From NCBI GenBank assembly GCA_024641705.1, contig JAHECO010000017.1:16168-80167 (forward strand): DNA of 64,000 nucleotides, given 5' to 3'. This DNA comes from Candidatus Kryptoniota bacterium. Its GTDB lineage: Bacteria; Bacteroidota; Ignavibacteria; Kryptoniales; JAKASW01. The notes beneath the pieces are model-generated. The model was given only the letters and a program-made list of their open reading frames with translations. It was not told the origin of the DNA and searched no databases. Positions 1 through 10,583 of this stretch are shown here, one piece after another (the stretch's first letter is position 1; every line of letters starts with the position of its first letter). The position numbers and the translations under genes are program-made.

Positions 1-1575
1 TTCATTACGAGCACCTTGCAGCAGGCAGCCTCGACGCGACTCGGCTTTTCGCCGAAACGGACGATGATGCTTGCCCAACAGCTCTACGAGGGTGTGGAAC
101 TCGGTCCCGAAGGCCGCGTCGGCCTCATCACATATATGAGGACCGACTCGACGCGCATCAGCACCGAGGCGCTCGACGCGGCAAGGAATTACATCAGGAC
201 GGAATTCGGCAACGACTTTCTCCCGAAAGAAGCCAGGCATTTCAAGAAGGCAAAGGCCTCGCAGGACGCTCACGAAGCAATTCGCCCGGCCCACATGGAG
301 TATCGGCCGGAGGACATAAAGAAACATCTTCCGAGAGAGATGTTCCTTCTATATGATCTGATATGGAAGAGGTTCATAGCTTCACAGATGAACCCTGCGG
401 TATACGACCAGATCACCGTTTCTATCGAAGGCGTTCCCGCCTCGGCGACGAACGGGGAGAGCTTCACCTTCAGGGCCACAGACTCGCATGTTAAGTTCGC
501 CGGATTCCTGCAGATTTACGACATCACGGCCGAAGACGCGGACATGTCGAAACCCGACGAGGACGAGGACGAACTTCAGAAATTCAAACTACCCGCGACG
601 TTGAAGGAGGGGGAGCCGGTCAACCTCAACGACCTCCTGACCCGTCAGCATTTTACCAAGCCGCCTGCACGTTTCACCGAGAGCAGCCTCGTCAAAGAGC
701 TGGAATCGCTGGGTATCGGACGTCCGTCGACCTATTCCTCAATCGTGTCCACGATCGAGGACAGGGGATACGTGGAGCTGAGGGAAAGAAGGTTGTTCGC
801 GACCGACCTCGGGATGAACGTAAACAAGATTCTGTCGGCTAACCTCCCCGAGTTCTTCGACGTGAAGTTCACGGCGGAGATGGAGTCTGAGCTGGATGAG
901 ATTGCCAGCGGAGGGAAGAAGTACCTCGATGTCATGAAGGACTTCTACCACCCGTTCGACACGGCGGTAAAGAAAGTCGAAGGGAAGATCGAAGAGATCA
1001 AATCGACGGTCGACGGGCAGCAGGTCGCCTGTGACGTGTGCGGCTCGCCGATGGTCATCAAGTGGAGCCGGCGCGGAAGGTTCCTGGCGTGCAGCAAGTA
1101 CCCGGAGTGCAAGAACACGAAACCGATCGACGCGCACGACGACAACAACCGTCCAACCGGCGACAAGTGCCCGGAGTGCGGGAACGATCTTATATACAAG
1201 AACAGCAGGTTCGGCAAGTTCATAGGATGTTCTAACTATCCGAACTGCAAATACACGAAGAGCATCACTACGGGCGTCAAGTGCCCGGAATGCGGAAAGG
1301 GCGAGCTCGCGCAGCGTTTCACGCGTAAAAAGAGGATCTTTTATGGCTGCACGAACTACCCGAAGTGTCATTATGCAACATGGGACAAGCCGGTGAACAT
1401 TCCCTGTCCTCTCGGAGATTCGCCGTTCATTCTCTCGAAATACACGAAGACGAAGGGCAATTACTACAAGTGCCCGAAGTGCGAGAGCGAATTCTCCCCG
1501 GAAGAGGCCCAGGCGGAAGCCAAATCGGATGCCACTGAAAACACAGGTGGAAAGGTCGAAGTTGCAGCGAAGTGA
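1..1575 (+). CDS. topA: DNA topoisomerase I (5'-truncated by window)
   Basis: LITYMRTDS active-site motif, AHEAIRP, GIGRPSTY, C-terminal C4 zinc ribbons. Confidence 0.97.
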   Translation, partial: FITSTLQQAASTRLGFSPKRTMMLAQQLYEGVELGPEGRVGLITYMRTDSTRISTEALDAARNYIRTEFGNDFLPKEARHFKKAKASQDAHEAIRPAHMEYRPEDIKKHLPREMFLLYDLIWKRFIASQMNPAVYDQITVSIEGVPASATNGESFTFRATDSHVKFAGFLQIYDITAEDADMSKPDEDEDELQKFKLPATLKEGEPVNLNDLLTRQHFTKPPARFTESSLVKELESLGIGRPSTYSSIVSTIEDRGYVELRERRLFATDLGMNVNKILSANLPEFFDVKFTAEMESELDEIASGGKKYLDVMKDFYHPFDTAVKKVEGKIEEIKSTVDGQQVACDVCGSPMVIKWSRRGRFLACSKYPECKNTKPIDAHDDNNRPTGDKCPECGNDLIYKNSRFGKFIGCSNYPNCKYTKSITTGVKCPECGKGELAQRFTRKKRIFYGCTNYPKCHYATWDKPVNIPCPLGDSPFILSKYTKTKGNYYKCPKCESEFSPEEAQAEAKSDATENTGGKVEVAAK

Positions 1576-2501
1576 GTCAAACCGTCCGTGAGTTTGTAGA
1601 TTCTTTCCTCGATTACCTGAGGAAGGAAAAAAACGCATCGGAGAAGACTCTCGTTACCTACGAGCAGTCTCTCAGGGAATTCAATAACTTCTTGTTTGAA
1701 CACTCCGGAGGGAAGGAGCTGTCGCTCGCTGCCCTCTCGGAGGGAGAAAGCGTGCGAGCTTTCCTCGTCGAGCTCGACAAGCGCGGGAACGACAGGCGGA
1801 CGGTGCGAAAGAAACTTTCCAGCATAAGGTCGTTCGCGAGGTACCTGGTGAAATTCGAGTATCTCGACCGCGATTTCACCGCCTTCATCAGCACACCCAA
1901 AGCTCAGAAGCCGATCCCTGTCTTCGTCGAGGAGGAAGGCATTGAGCGGATCCTTAGGATGCCGCTGAATTCGCCGGCGGATTTCCGCGACAAGGCGATC
2001 CTCGAGCTACTTTACGGAACCGGCATGCGCGTCAGCGAGCTGTGCGGTCTCGACTTCGGAGACATAGATTTCGATGGTCGCGTCGTAACAGTCCTCGGCA
2101 AGAGAAGGAAGCAGAGGATGATACCGGTGATCGACAGGGCTGTCGAGGCGGTGCGCGGCTATCTTAAAGTGAGGGACAATATCTCCGCACGCAGGGCGGA
2201 CGAACATGCCCTGTTCATTTCTTCGAACGGGAAGAGGATTATCCGCGCCTCGGTCTACCGTGTCGTCGCGAGGCGGATCGGCCAGGTATCGGGTGTCGAG
2301 AGGAAAGGGCCGCATACTCTGCGGCATTCCTTCGCGACGCATCTCCTCAACCACGGCGCCGACCTGGAGGCCGTGAGGCAGCTCCTCGGGCACGAGAGCC
2401 TTTCAACGACGCAGGTCTACACGCATCTGTCGATCGAACAACTGAAGAAGGTTTACAGGAATGCACATCCACGGGCAGGCACACAGAAGTCAGGGCGCTG
2501 A
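1572..2501 (+). CDS. xerC: Tyrosine recombinase XerC-like
   Basis: TGMRVSE, HTLRHSFATH, LGH, TTQVY; follows topA. Confidence 0.88.
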   Translation: MSQTVREFVDSFLDYLRKEKNASEKTLVTYEQSLREFNNFLFEHSGGKELSLAALSEGESVRAFLVELDKRGNDRRTVRKKLSSIRSFARYLVKFEYLDRDFTAFISTPKAQKPIPVFVEEEGIERILRMPLNSPADFRDKAILELLYGTGMRVSELCGLDFGDIDFDGRVVTVLGKRRKQRMIPVIDRAVEAVRGYLKVRDNISARRADEHALFISSNGKRIIRASVYRVVARRIGQVSGVERKGPHTLRHSFATHLLNHGADLEAVRQLLGHESLSTTQVYTHLSIEQLKKVYRNAHPRAGTQKSGR

Positions 2502-2673
2502 GAGTATTTCGGCGCGCAGCGTACGCCCTGGCCACGGGACCCTTAGGAAAGGTTCAGGCAACGGCGTAGAGAAGACTTCGGCAATCCGTGTTGGATTCGC
2601 ATGCGGTCCGCGGATACACAAGATAAATTCCGACAATGTCGGAGCGCACAAAAAAACAAAATGGAGGAATCTT

Positions 2674-3018
2674 ATGAACATCAGCATCACTTCCAGACAT
2701 TTCAAGGCCGAATCGGCTCTGAAGTCATACGCTGAGAACAAAGTCTCGAAGCTGAACAGATTCTTCGACGGAGTCGTCCATTGCGACGTGGTTTTCCTCA
2801 ATGAACACTCCAAACCTAACGGCACGGATAAAATGGTGGAAATAAAACTTTCGGTTCACGACAAGATTCTTAAGGCCGCCGAGACGACGGACGATTACTT
2901 CAAGGCAGTCGACAAGGCGATAGACAAGCTGGAAGCTCAGCTGGTGAAGTTCAAACAGAAGATCAAGCACGAAGGCAGGACCCCGCCGAGTGCCATGCGC
3001 ACAAAGCAGAGGCGATAG
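2674..3018 (+). CDS. hpf: Ribosome hibernation promoting factor (HPF/RaiA)
   Basis: MNISITSRHF...AVDKAIDKLEAQLVKFK; GGAGG RBS before ATG 2674. Confidence 0.92.
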   Translation: MNISITSRHFKAESALKSYAENKVSKLNRFFDGVVHCDVVFLNEHSKPNGTDKMVEIKLSVHDKILKAAETTDDYFKAVDKAIDKLEAQLVKFKQKIKHEGRTPPSAMRTKQRR

Positions 3019-3025
3019 AGTAGGC

Positions 3026-3052
3026 AAAGCCCCGCGATACCGCGGGGCTTTT
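3026..3052. terminator. Bidirectional intrinsic terminator
   Basis: AAAGCCCCGCG-ATAC-CGCGGGGCTTTT between convergent genes. Confidence 0.85.
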
Positions 3053-3081
3053 CTTGAAGGGGTTTTATGAAATACAGGGGT

Positions 3082-6000
3082 TCATTTGAGCATCAGCATT
3101 TTCTTCACGACGTTTTTGCCGGCTACACTCAGGCGAATGAAGTAGACGCCGCTCGCTGCATTGCCCGCGTTCCAGGTGATACTGTGCACTCCCGGCTGTC
3201 TCATCTCATTGAGAAGCGTGGCGACCTCCCGCCCGAGGACGTCGTATACCTTCAGTGTCACGAAGTCGGCCTTCTTGAGAGTGAACTCGATCCTTGTAGA
3301 CGGGTTGAACGGGTTGGGATAGCCGATCAGGCCCTGGTCTTCTGCTTCTCCGGCAACGAGGTCCGCCTTGCTGTCATTGGAAGAGACTCCCAGTGCTGCG
3401 AGAAAGGCTTCGTCTTCGGAAGAGGTATATTTCTGCCTCATCTCGGCAATTGCAGACTGCGACGCCGCTCTCTCACTTTCCGAAAATCCTTCCAACATCG
3501 CAAGTTGCATAAGCGCGAACTTCTCATCGTCAGCATCCTTCATCCTCAGATTCTGCGCCATATCCCTGGCTTCAGCATACCGACCGGACGCGGCATACAT
3601 CATCGTGAGGAGTCTCGACGCGGTCTTCTCAAGGTCCTCGAAATTCTTTGCCTGGAACGCTGTCAATCTCGACTCCATCAGGCTTATGAGCGACGCATCC
3701 TTAGAATCCCTGTACACGTCAAATATGCTGGCTAGTGCCTTCTCCTTGAAGTCACTTGTGTAATTTCCGTCGAGCACTGACTCGTAGATCTTGATCGACT
3801 CCGAGTATAAACCGTTGAACCGGGCGTCAAGAGCCTTTTCTATGAGAACCTCCTCATCTGTTGGTTGAGACTCCTAACCTTTGGCAATAAGAGGGCCTCC
3901 GTCGATACAATCATCTTCAAGCGATGCCGACCAGGGAATGTATTGTATTGTGGAGCCGCTTGCATAGAATTTTGATGTGTTCGGTGGATCCGAACCCCAC
4001 CAGTTCCTTTTCACACCCACCACGCATGAAAGTGTCGTGTAAACGTTGTAAAGGGAATTGTCATAGATTTGATTGCAGGCGCCGTCATAGTATGTAAGCT
4101 GTCCTGCCGTGCGGATCCTTGTGATGCCGATTATAGGATTGCTTGTCCTGTAAGCGATGAGGCCGTAGTCATTATCGGTCACGATATTGTCCCCGGAGCC
4201 CGTTGTCCCGGATGTGGGGGATGAGCTGTAGTCACACAATATTCCGAAAAGGGAGTTGGTGATGTAGTTAGCTTTTATGGTTGCGGTCGAGGAGGTGAGG
4301 TAGATGCCGCCGTAGTATCGGTGGCCGCCGTAGGTCCCACAGGACAGGAGGTTGTTCAGATAGATATACGGGCATGCGGTTCCGTTGCCGTTGAGGATAA
4401 TGCCGTAATAGTGAACGTCCTGAATCGTATTCCCGCTGATGGTGGGGGATGAATTCCCCTGGATTATGATGCCGTGTCCTGCGCCAAGGTTCTGGATTGT
4501 GCATCCGTTCAGGGAGCCGGTAGATCCCTGCGCGAATCGGATACCACTCCATGAATTGGATTGCCCTGTTATAGTGCAGGATGAAATGTGTGGAGAAGAA
4601 TTGTAGAACCTAAGTGCTGCAGCATCTGTGCCGCTGAAATCGGAGTTCTGGAAAGTGCAGTGCTCTATGACTAGGTTGCTACAGTTTGTGGCGCAGATCG
4701 GCTCATGGGCGTAATAAAAATCACAATACTGAAGTGATGAATTAGTGGAGTTATTAATCACGAAGCCCTGCCAGTACGATCCGGCTGAACCGGTGAAGGT
4801 GACATGCTGTGAAGAGCTGCCCGTAACGCTGAGGGGACCGTTGACTGTCAAGGACACGGAGGGCGAGAAGCATAAGGTTTTACCACCTTCTATCGCAAGG
4901 GTCTTTCCGGAAGATAGAGTGACATTTCCCGTAACATTGATATTATTCAGATTGGCGGAGAACACGACACTGTGAGTACAGTTGCCAGACACCGACGAAG
5001 CAGTGTGCTGGTAGACTCTTCCCGCTAGATCACCGTCCGTCTCACCTCGGATGGGACACGTTTTGTCCATATAGACGGGGTACATCATAGAATTGCTATT
5101 GCTCACGTGCTGCAACCCTATCCCGTGTCCCAGTTCATGTGCGAGTACTTCTACGAAATCTATTTGGCTGAGCGTACGAGATGACGGCGGTGTCTGATTA
5201 AAATACCAAGCAGAAGTGCCAATATCGTAATTGAACCACACATCGACGCCCGTGTTGCTATTTGGCCCATAAAAAACGCCATTCACCAAATCATTAGGAT
5301 ACGTGTGAGTTTCGGCGAGTCTGTTCGTGTTGCCGGGGTTGTACCACGATATGACACTGAAATCATCATCAACTCGCCCAGCAGTTGTAGTGAACGGCGA
5401 AGCATTTTGTAGCGTCAAGAAAGAATACTGATCTAACCAGAGTGAATACGCCGTAGTAGCCAGACCTGCGATCCCGTTTGTATCCGGCGCGCCTGACGGG
5501 GCGTTGGAAGGATTATAATGTACTTGCACCGGGACATAAGACGTATTCCATGTAAAGTTCCATGTGATAAATTCACCATTCAGATGCGAACCGGCGGACA
5601 TTACGGTGTTTTCTCTCCCTTGCTTTCTTAATGAGTAGCTTACGCCATTTGCAGTTTGCCGAGGTAGTTCATTGGGGAAGACGGTTCTTTGCCCATCATG
5701 GATTTCTTTGATTTGCTGTTTAAATTCGTCGATGCCGATCTGTGTCCCTTTGATAATCCCACCCTCTGCGGTGAACTTTCCGTTATAAAGCCCCATCGTG
5801 CTGTATCCATCGGCAGTCGGGAACAAACAGATTATGAAATGCTCATCGACAGTGTATGGCGGATCCCATTCTGTTTCAAAGAAGCGAAGATCGGAATTCA
5901 CGTGCCCCCTTCGGATGACAATCTCTGCCGGACAGTCTCCTGCAATCTTGTCGACAACCGAAAGAGTTATCCAAGCTTCGCCTGTCGAGATATTGGAGAT

Positions 6001-6156
6001 CGCCTTGAACGTGATATCCTTGACAACTACTTCCACGATTAGAGGAGCTTCTTTCACAACGACTTCTGGTTGCTGAATGAGGATGGAAGTTCCCAGCACA
6101 GGCAATGCCGTCATTGCGGTGAACAAAGCAAATATGAAAACGCACAAGGTTTTCAT
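3082..6156 (-). pseudogene. Secreted matrixin-like metzincin + beta-helix + TPR-like + T9SS CTD protein, split by one in-frame TAG at 3874-3876
   Basis: Signal peptide, HELGHGIGLQH plus Met-turn SMMYP, parallel beta-helix repeats; ORFs 3874..6156 and 3082..3777 are in the same frame and the 32 codons between them are open; ends in GYPNPFNP...KKMLMLK. Confidence 0.8.
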
Positions 6157-6187
6157 TTTAAGCCTCCTTTCATAAGTTGCGGTTTTG

Positions 6188-6751
6188 TTACCTACACGGG
6201 TACAGCGGATACTCAGGCATAGGAATGAAGTATCCTATGGAACAGGCCGTAACGATGCTATCCTCATAATGGATCTGAAACATATGCTGATTAATACAAT
6301 AGGCCTCGTCGATCCAGTTCTGCTGTGGGAAGTTGAGACTTCTATCAGGCGAACCGTACGCTTGATGGACTTGGCTAAGCAGTGATCCTACGCCAATGCC
6401 CTCCTTCGTTCTTCCTTTGTATGCTGGCCCAATGGAGATCTCATCAAGAGGTCCGTAGTCTACTCCACTGTCGATGAAGCAAAAGTGAATTTTCATAATT
6501 GGATTGACTCGTGAGCCCTCATCATAAAAGTAAGCTCGCCACGACCGGTAAATTCCATCAGCCCAACCGACACTTGTGGGATTTCCAAGTTTTGCCACTA
6601 CCGTCTCTTTCAGATCTCCAAGTTTTATGCCTTCCACTCCCTCTCCTGGCACAATAATGCCTTGGCCTCCGTTGTCTGGCTGAGTTGCCTGCTTACAGGT
6701 CGACAACAAAATGCTGAGCATAGCAACTGAGAGCGTCACAATTGTTCGCAT
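6188..6751 (-). CDS. Hypothetical lipoprotein
   Basis: MRTIVTLSVAMLSILLSTC lipobox-like N-terminus; two internal EG(V/I)x(L/V)G repeats. Confidence 0.7.
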   Translation of the reverse strand: MRTIVTLSVAMLSILLSTCKQATQPDNGGQGIIVPGEGVEGIKLGDLKETVVAKLGNPTSVGWADGIYRSWRAYFYDEGSRVNPIMKIHFCFIDSGVDYGPLDEISIGPAYKGRTKEGIGVGSLLSQVHQAYGSPDRSLNFPQQNWIDEAYCINQHMFQIHYEDSIVTACSIGYFIPMPEYPLYPCR

Positions 6752-6979
6752 ATTAAATGTCCTTAACTGTTCCTCGTGCATGTTATCTGCACTGAAAAAT
6801 TGAAAGATTCCCGCGTCAAAATCACTCTGCGGCCTTCCGAGTCCTTTCTATCCGCACTCCGAGGAACTGATCCTGCCCTGACAGCCCTAACTTACTCACT
6901 ACAGCAGCACCGCGCAATCAGTGGATCACCTGATTTTTACTTCCGGCGTTCTTTGCCCTTTTGAAGCTCGATATCCATG

Positions 6980-7240
6980 TTAACACAACACGTTGGGCGA
7001 GAGCGACGGGAGCCGGCGACTCAATATCCTTGCAATAGCTTCAGCTTCATTCCTTGCCCCAAGTTTCCTGTAGGCAGACGCCAGATGCGTGTCCACCGTG
7101 TGAACGCTGACGTGCAGATTATCTCCAATTTCCTTGCGAGTGAAGCCTTTTGCTAGAAACCCCAGAATCTTCACCTCAGTTGCGGTAAGTGCAAACTCTT
7201 CCCTGAGGATATTTGCGAGCTCATCCTGTCCTGATTTCAT
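6980..7240 (-). CDS. Stand-alone LuxR-family HTH regulator
   Basis: LTATEVKILGFLAKGFTRKEIGDNLHVSVHTVDTHLASAYRKLG. Confidence 0.88.
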   Translation of the reverse strand: MKSGQDELANILREEFALTATEVKILGFLAKGFTRKEIGDNLHVSVHTVDTHLASAYRKLGARNEAEAIARILSRRLPSLSPNVLC

Positions 7241-7389
7241 ATGCTCTCCGGTTTCTTGCGGACAAACATGCTCCCTGTGAGAAGAACGAGTTATCTCTTC
7301 CTTCTCATGAGTCTTGCGCTAGTATCCCGGCGAGGAGCTCCCGAATCTCTATCCTGTTCAGCTATCGCGATTTATTCGCAACTCTTATG

Positions 7390-7419
7390 AGTATAATAGA
7401 CGGGGGGGGGGTAAGTCAA
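7390..7419 (-). promoter_or_regulatory. sigma70 promoter with C10 homopolymer in spacer
   Basis: Minus strand TTGACT-N18(TA C10 GTCTAT)-TATACT upstream of luxR. Confidence 0.6.
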
Positions 7420-7526
7420 GTATCATGCACTTCAGGTGCGGTCGTACCGGCGCAATTGGTCGTGGGTTCGCTTATCCTCCCTTTTAGGGTGCATTTCCGC
7501 GCTTTTGTTCATATATTTTTAGCGTT

Positions 7527-8543
7527 ATGGCATCACGTGTTTGGGATACCAAGGAAATAAGGCGGAAAAGCGTCAGCGTCGGCGAGCTGTACAAGACGAT
7601 GCATGAAAAGACGAAGCTCCAGCCGATTAACGGCGATATCGGGCATGCCAAACTTATCACCGATAAGAACATTCACCGACCCGGGTTGGCCCTTGCGGGT
7701 TATGTCGAGCTGTTCACTTTCAATCGGGTACAGATCTTCGGAAACACCGAGGTCCGTTACCTGAGCTCGCTCAAACTCGAGGACAGGCGGCGGGCGCTCC
7801 AGACGATCATGCAGTTCGATATCCCGTGCATCATCATCGCCGACAGCAACGAACTCGAAGAGGAGCTGATCGATCTCATCACGGAACACGGCGTCTCTGT
7901 ATTCAGGAGCACTCTCGAGACGACCCGGCTGATCTATTTTCTCGGCGAGTTTCTCGACGAAGTCTTCGCCCCCAGCACCGTCATACACGGCTCGCTCGTC
8001 GACGTGTACGGGATCGGGCTGCTGTTCGTCGGTAAGAGCGGGATAGGGAAGAGCGAGATTGCGCTCGACCTCGTGGAGCGCGGCCACAGGCTGGTGGCCG
8101 ACGACGCAGTCGGAGTCTACCGCCAGGGCGAGGACATCCTCATGGGCAGAAGCTCCGGCATCGCGCAGCACTTCATGGAAGTCAGGGGACTCGGAGTGAT
8201 AGACGTGCGGAGCGTGTTCGGCATACGCGCGGTCAGGAAACGCAAGAGGATCGAAGTTGTAGTCGAGCTCGAGGAATGGGATTCGAGTCAGGAATATACG
8301 CGCACGGGGCTGGACCACGAGTTCATATCCATGCTGGGCGTGGAGACTCCGTTCATAAAGCTCCCCATCCTCCCAGGCAAGAACATCACCGTCATCGCGG
8401 AAGTCATCGCGCTGAGCCATCTGCTGCGCTCCTACGATTACGACGCGGCGGAAGTCTTCAACCAAAAGATCCAGGAAGCGATCAGGAAAAAGAAGAAAGA
8501 AGGCACCGGAGCAAGCCGGTACTTCGAAAGGGATTTTGAGTAG
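7527..8543 (+). CDS. hprK: HPr kinase/phosphorylase
   Basis: IHRPGLALAGY, GKSGIGKSE, LVADD, MEVRGLGVID. Confidence 0.97.
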   Translation: MASRVWDTKEIRRKSVSVGELYKTMHEKTKLQPINGDIGHAKLITDKNIHRPGLALAGYVELFTFNRVQIFGNTEVRYLSSLKLEDRRRALQTIMQFDIPCIIIADSNELEEELIDLITEHGVSVFRSTLETTRLIYFLGEFLDEVFAPSTVIHGSLVDVYGIGLLFVGKSGIGKSEIALDLVERGHRLVADDAVGVYRQGEDILMGRSSGIAQHFMEVRGLGVIDVRSVFGIRAVRKRKRIEVVVELEEWDSSQEYTRTGLDHEFISMLGVETPFIKLPILPGKNITVIAEVIALSHLLRSYDYDAAEVFNQKIQEAIRKKKKEGTGASRYFERDFE

Positions 8544-8544
8544 A

Positions 8545-9318
8545 ATGTCGAAAAGCAGAACTTCGAAGAAACAGAAAGAGTCAAAGTCGCTCCCGACACC
8601 GGCCGGAAGTCTCGCCGGCAAGGTCGCAATTGTAACGGGCGGGTCGAGAGGGATCGGCAAGTTCATCGCGAGGCGGCTTGCGCAGGATGGCGCATCGGTT
8701 GTGATAGCCGGCCGGACTATGGCGGACCTCAGGGTCACCGCCGAAGAGATCGCGGCCGATGGCGGACGCATCATAGCGGTGCAGACCGACGTGTCGAACG
8801 AGAAGAGCGTCCACAGGCTCCTCTCGAAGACGTTGACCGAGTTCGGCACGATCGATATCCTGATCAACAATGCCGGCCAATATATGGAAAAGGCGGTCAC
8901 CGATATGTCGGTCGGAGACTGGAACAACGTAATCGGTACAAACCTCACCGGCCCGTTCCTGCTGTCGCGGGCTGTCCTGCCGGAGATGATTGAGAAGCTG
9001 GACGGGACGATAGTGATGATCTCTTCGACTTCCGGCAAGAGGGCGAAGGCGAATTCCGCCGCGTACTCCGCTTCCAAGTTCGCGATCGAAGGCTTTTCCG
9101 AGGCGCTCCTCCGTGAAGTGAGGGACTACAACGTCCGCGTCATCGTGGTGACCCCGAGCTCGGTAGACTCGAGCGACAGGGAAAGCAGGCAGATCCTCAA
9201 GGGCGGAAAAGGGGCCCGCCTCCGTGCGGAGGACGTCGCCGAGACCGTCATTGCCGCGATCAAGCTCCCCCCGCGCGCGCTCGTGAGGGAAGTGGAGCTC
9301 TGGGCGACAAATCCGTAG
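8545..9318 (+). CDS. Short-chain dehydrogenase/reductase
   Basis: TGGSRGIG, NNAG, YSASK. Confidence 0.92.
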   Translation: MSKSRTSKKQKESKSLPTPAGSLAGKVAIVTGGSRGIGKFIARRLAQDGASVVIAGRTMADLRVTAEEIAADGGRIIAVQTDVSNEKSVHRLLSKTLTEFGTIDILINNAGQYMEKAVTDMSVGDWNNVIGTNLTGPFLLSRAVLPEMIEKLDGTIVMISSTSGKRAKANSAAYSASKFAIEGFSEALLREVRDYNVRVIVVTPSSVDSSDRESRQILKGGKGARLRAEDVAETVIAAIKLPPRALVREVELWATNP

Positions 9319-9451
9319 CAAAGCGGATTCAGAATTCCCGACCTATCGTCAGGACAGGTTTAGATTTTGAGTTTTGAATTGGCCTTGGGATGTTCTCAAT
9401 GGAGAGGCCCAGGGCCTTTGAGTTTCTACCGTTGACACTTTACCGTACATT

Positions 9452-10441
9452 ATGTCTACCTTTGAGCCTTCTTATATAAAGCTTTACGAATCCGGGGAGC
9501 TCCAACGGCGAGTAGAGGTACTCGACGGGATGCTTGCCTCGTGCGATATCTGCCCCCTCGATTGCAAAGTCGACAGGAAGAAGGGTGAAATTGCGAGGTG
9601 TTATTCGCGTTACCTTCCCATAGTGAGTTCCTACTGTCCTCACTTCGGCGAAGAACCGCCGCTCGTTGGCACAAACGGGGCGGGGAATATCTTCTTCGGC
9701 AATTGTAACCTGCGTTGTGTCTACTGCCAGAACTTCCAGATCAGCCAGAACTACAAAGCCGAGTTGAAGAACGAGGTGGGCTTCGAACGGCTGGCGCATA
9801 TCATGCTGGAGCTCCAGGCTAAAGGCTGTCACAATATCGGACTAGTCTCGCCTACGCACTTCGTCCCGCAGATCGTCAGGGCGCTCGCGATAGCGGTCCA
9901 AAAAGGATTGCGGCTTCCCATCATCTATAATACCAACGCTTACGATTCCGTGGATGTGCTGCGGCTCCTGGACGGGATCGTCGACATATACCTGCCGGAC
10001 CTCAAGTATGCGGAAGAGTCGGACGGCTATTCGTATTCGAAGGTGAAGGAGTATCCGAAGTTCGCGCGGCTGGCGCTGAAGGAGATGCACAGACAGGTGG
10101 ACAGCGAGCTGGTATTTGGAGACGACGATGTTTTGAAGCGCGGACTTCTGATAAGGCACCTCGTGCTCCCGAACGACCTGGCGGGAAGTGAGAAGACGCT
10201 CGGATGGATCGCAGATGAATTGGGGAACGATGTAGCGCTCTCCGTCATGTCGCAATACTATCCGACGAATAAGGCCGAGTCGATCACACTCCTGAGCAGA
10301 CACATCCGCGAGTCGGAATACAATAGAGTGCTCGAGCTACTCGACAGGTTCGGCTTCGAGAACGGATGGATGCAGAATTTCGAGAGCAAAGACTATTATA
10401 AGCCGGACTTTACAGATCGGGTAGAGCCGTTTAAGAGATAA
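9452..10441 (+). CDS. Radical SAM protein (PflX-like)
   Basis: CDICPLDC, HFGEEPPL, CNLRCVYCQN, DIYLPDLKY, RHLVLP. Confidence 0.9.
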   Translation: MSTFEPSYIKLYESGELQRRVEVLDGMLASCDICPLDCKVDRKKGEIARCYSRYLPIVSSYCPHFGEEPPLVGTNGAGNIFFGNCNLRCVYCQNFQISQNYKAELKNEVGFERLAHIMLELQAKGCHNIGLVSPTHFVPQIVRALAIAVQKGLRLPIIYNTNAYDSVDVLRLLDGIVDIYLPDLKYAEESDGYSYSKVKEYPKFARLALKEMHRQVDSELVFGDDDVLKRGLLIRHLVLPNDLAGSEKTLGWIADELGNDVALSVMSQYYPTNKAESITLLSRHIRESEYNRVLELLDRFGFENGWMQNFESKDYYKPDFTDRVEPFKR

Positions 10442-10583
10442 ACAGGGAAGAACGGAGCAGGGAAAACGGCGAATGGAGAACGGAGCGCCACGATACAGAT
10501 TCCAGATTCGTCTGATCGGTGATAAACTGCCCTGTTCTTCGGGATCGGTGTGTTTTCGTTTCCATCAGCTTTTCTGCGGGTCG

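Noticed and set aside
1572-2501. xerC as a mobile-element integrase
   Set aside because: Housekeeping topA-xerC-hpf context and host-like composition
2500-2673. raiA-motif ncRNA
   Set aside because: I could not see the conserved raiA-motif sequence blocks as I recall them; kept only as an unnamed structured leader
3874-3876. Genome-wide stop-codon reassignment suggested by several in-frame stops
   Set aside because: TAG ends hpf and hprK, and TGA ends topA and xerC, at the expected positions; the interrupted genes are all accessory and use different stop codons
7533-9077. Long antisense/overlapping ORFs (also 12010..13095, 15769..16782, 16346..17659, 37980..39227, 50908..52365)
   Set aside because: Shadow frames of well-supported genes in GC-rich DNA; no motifs
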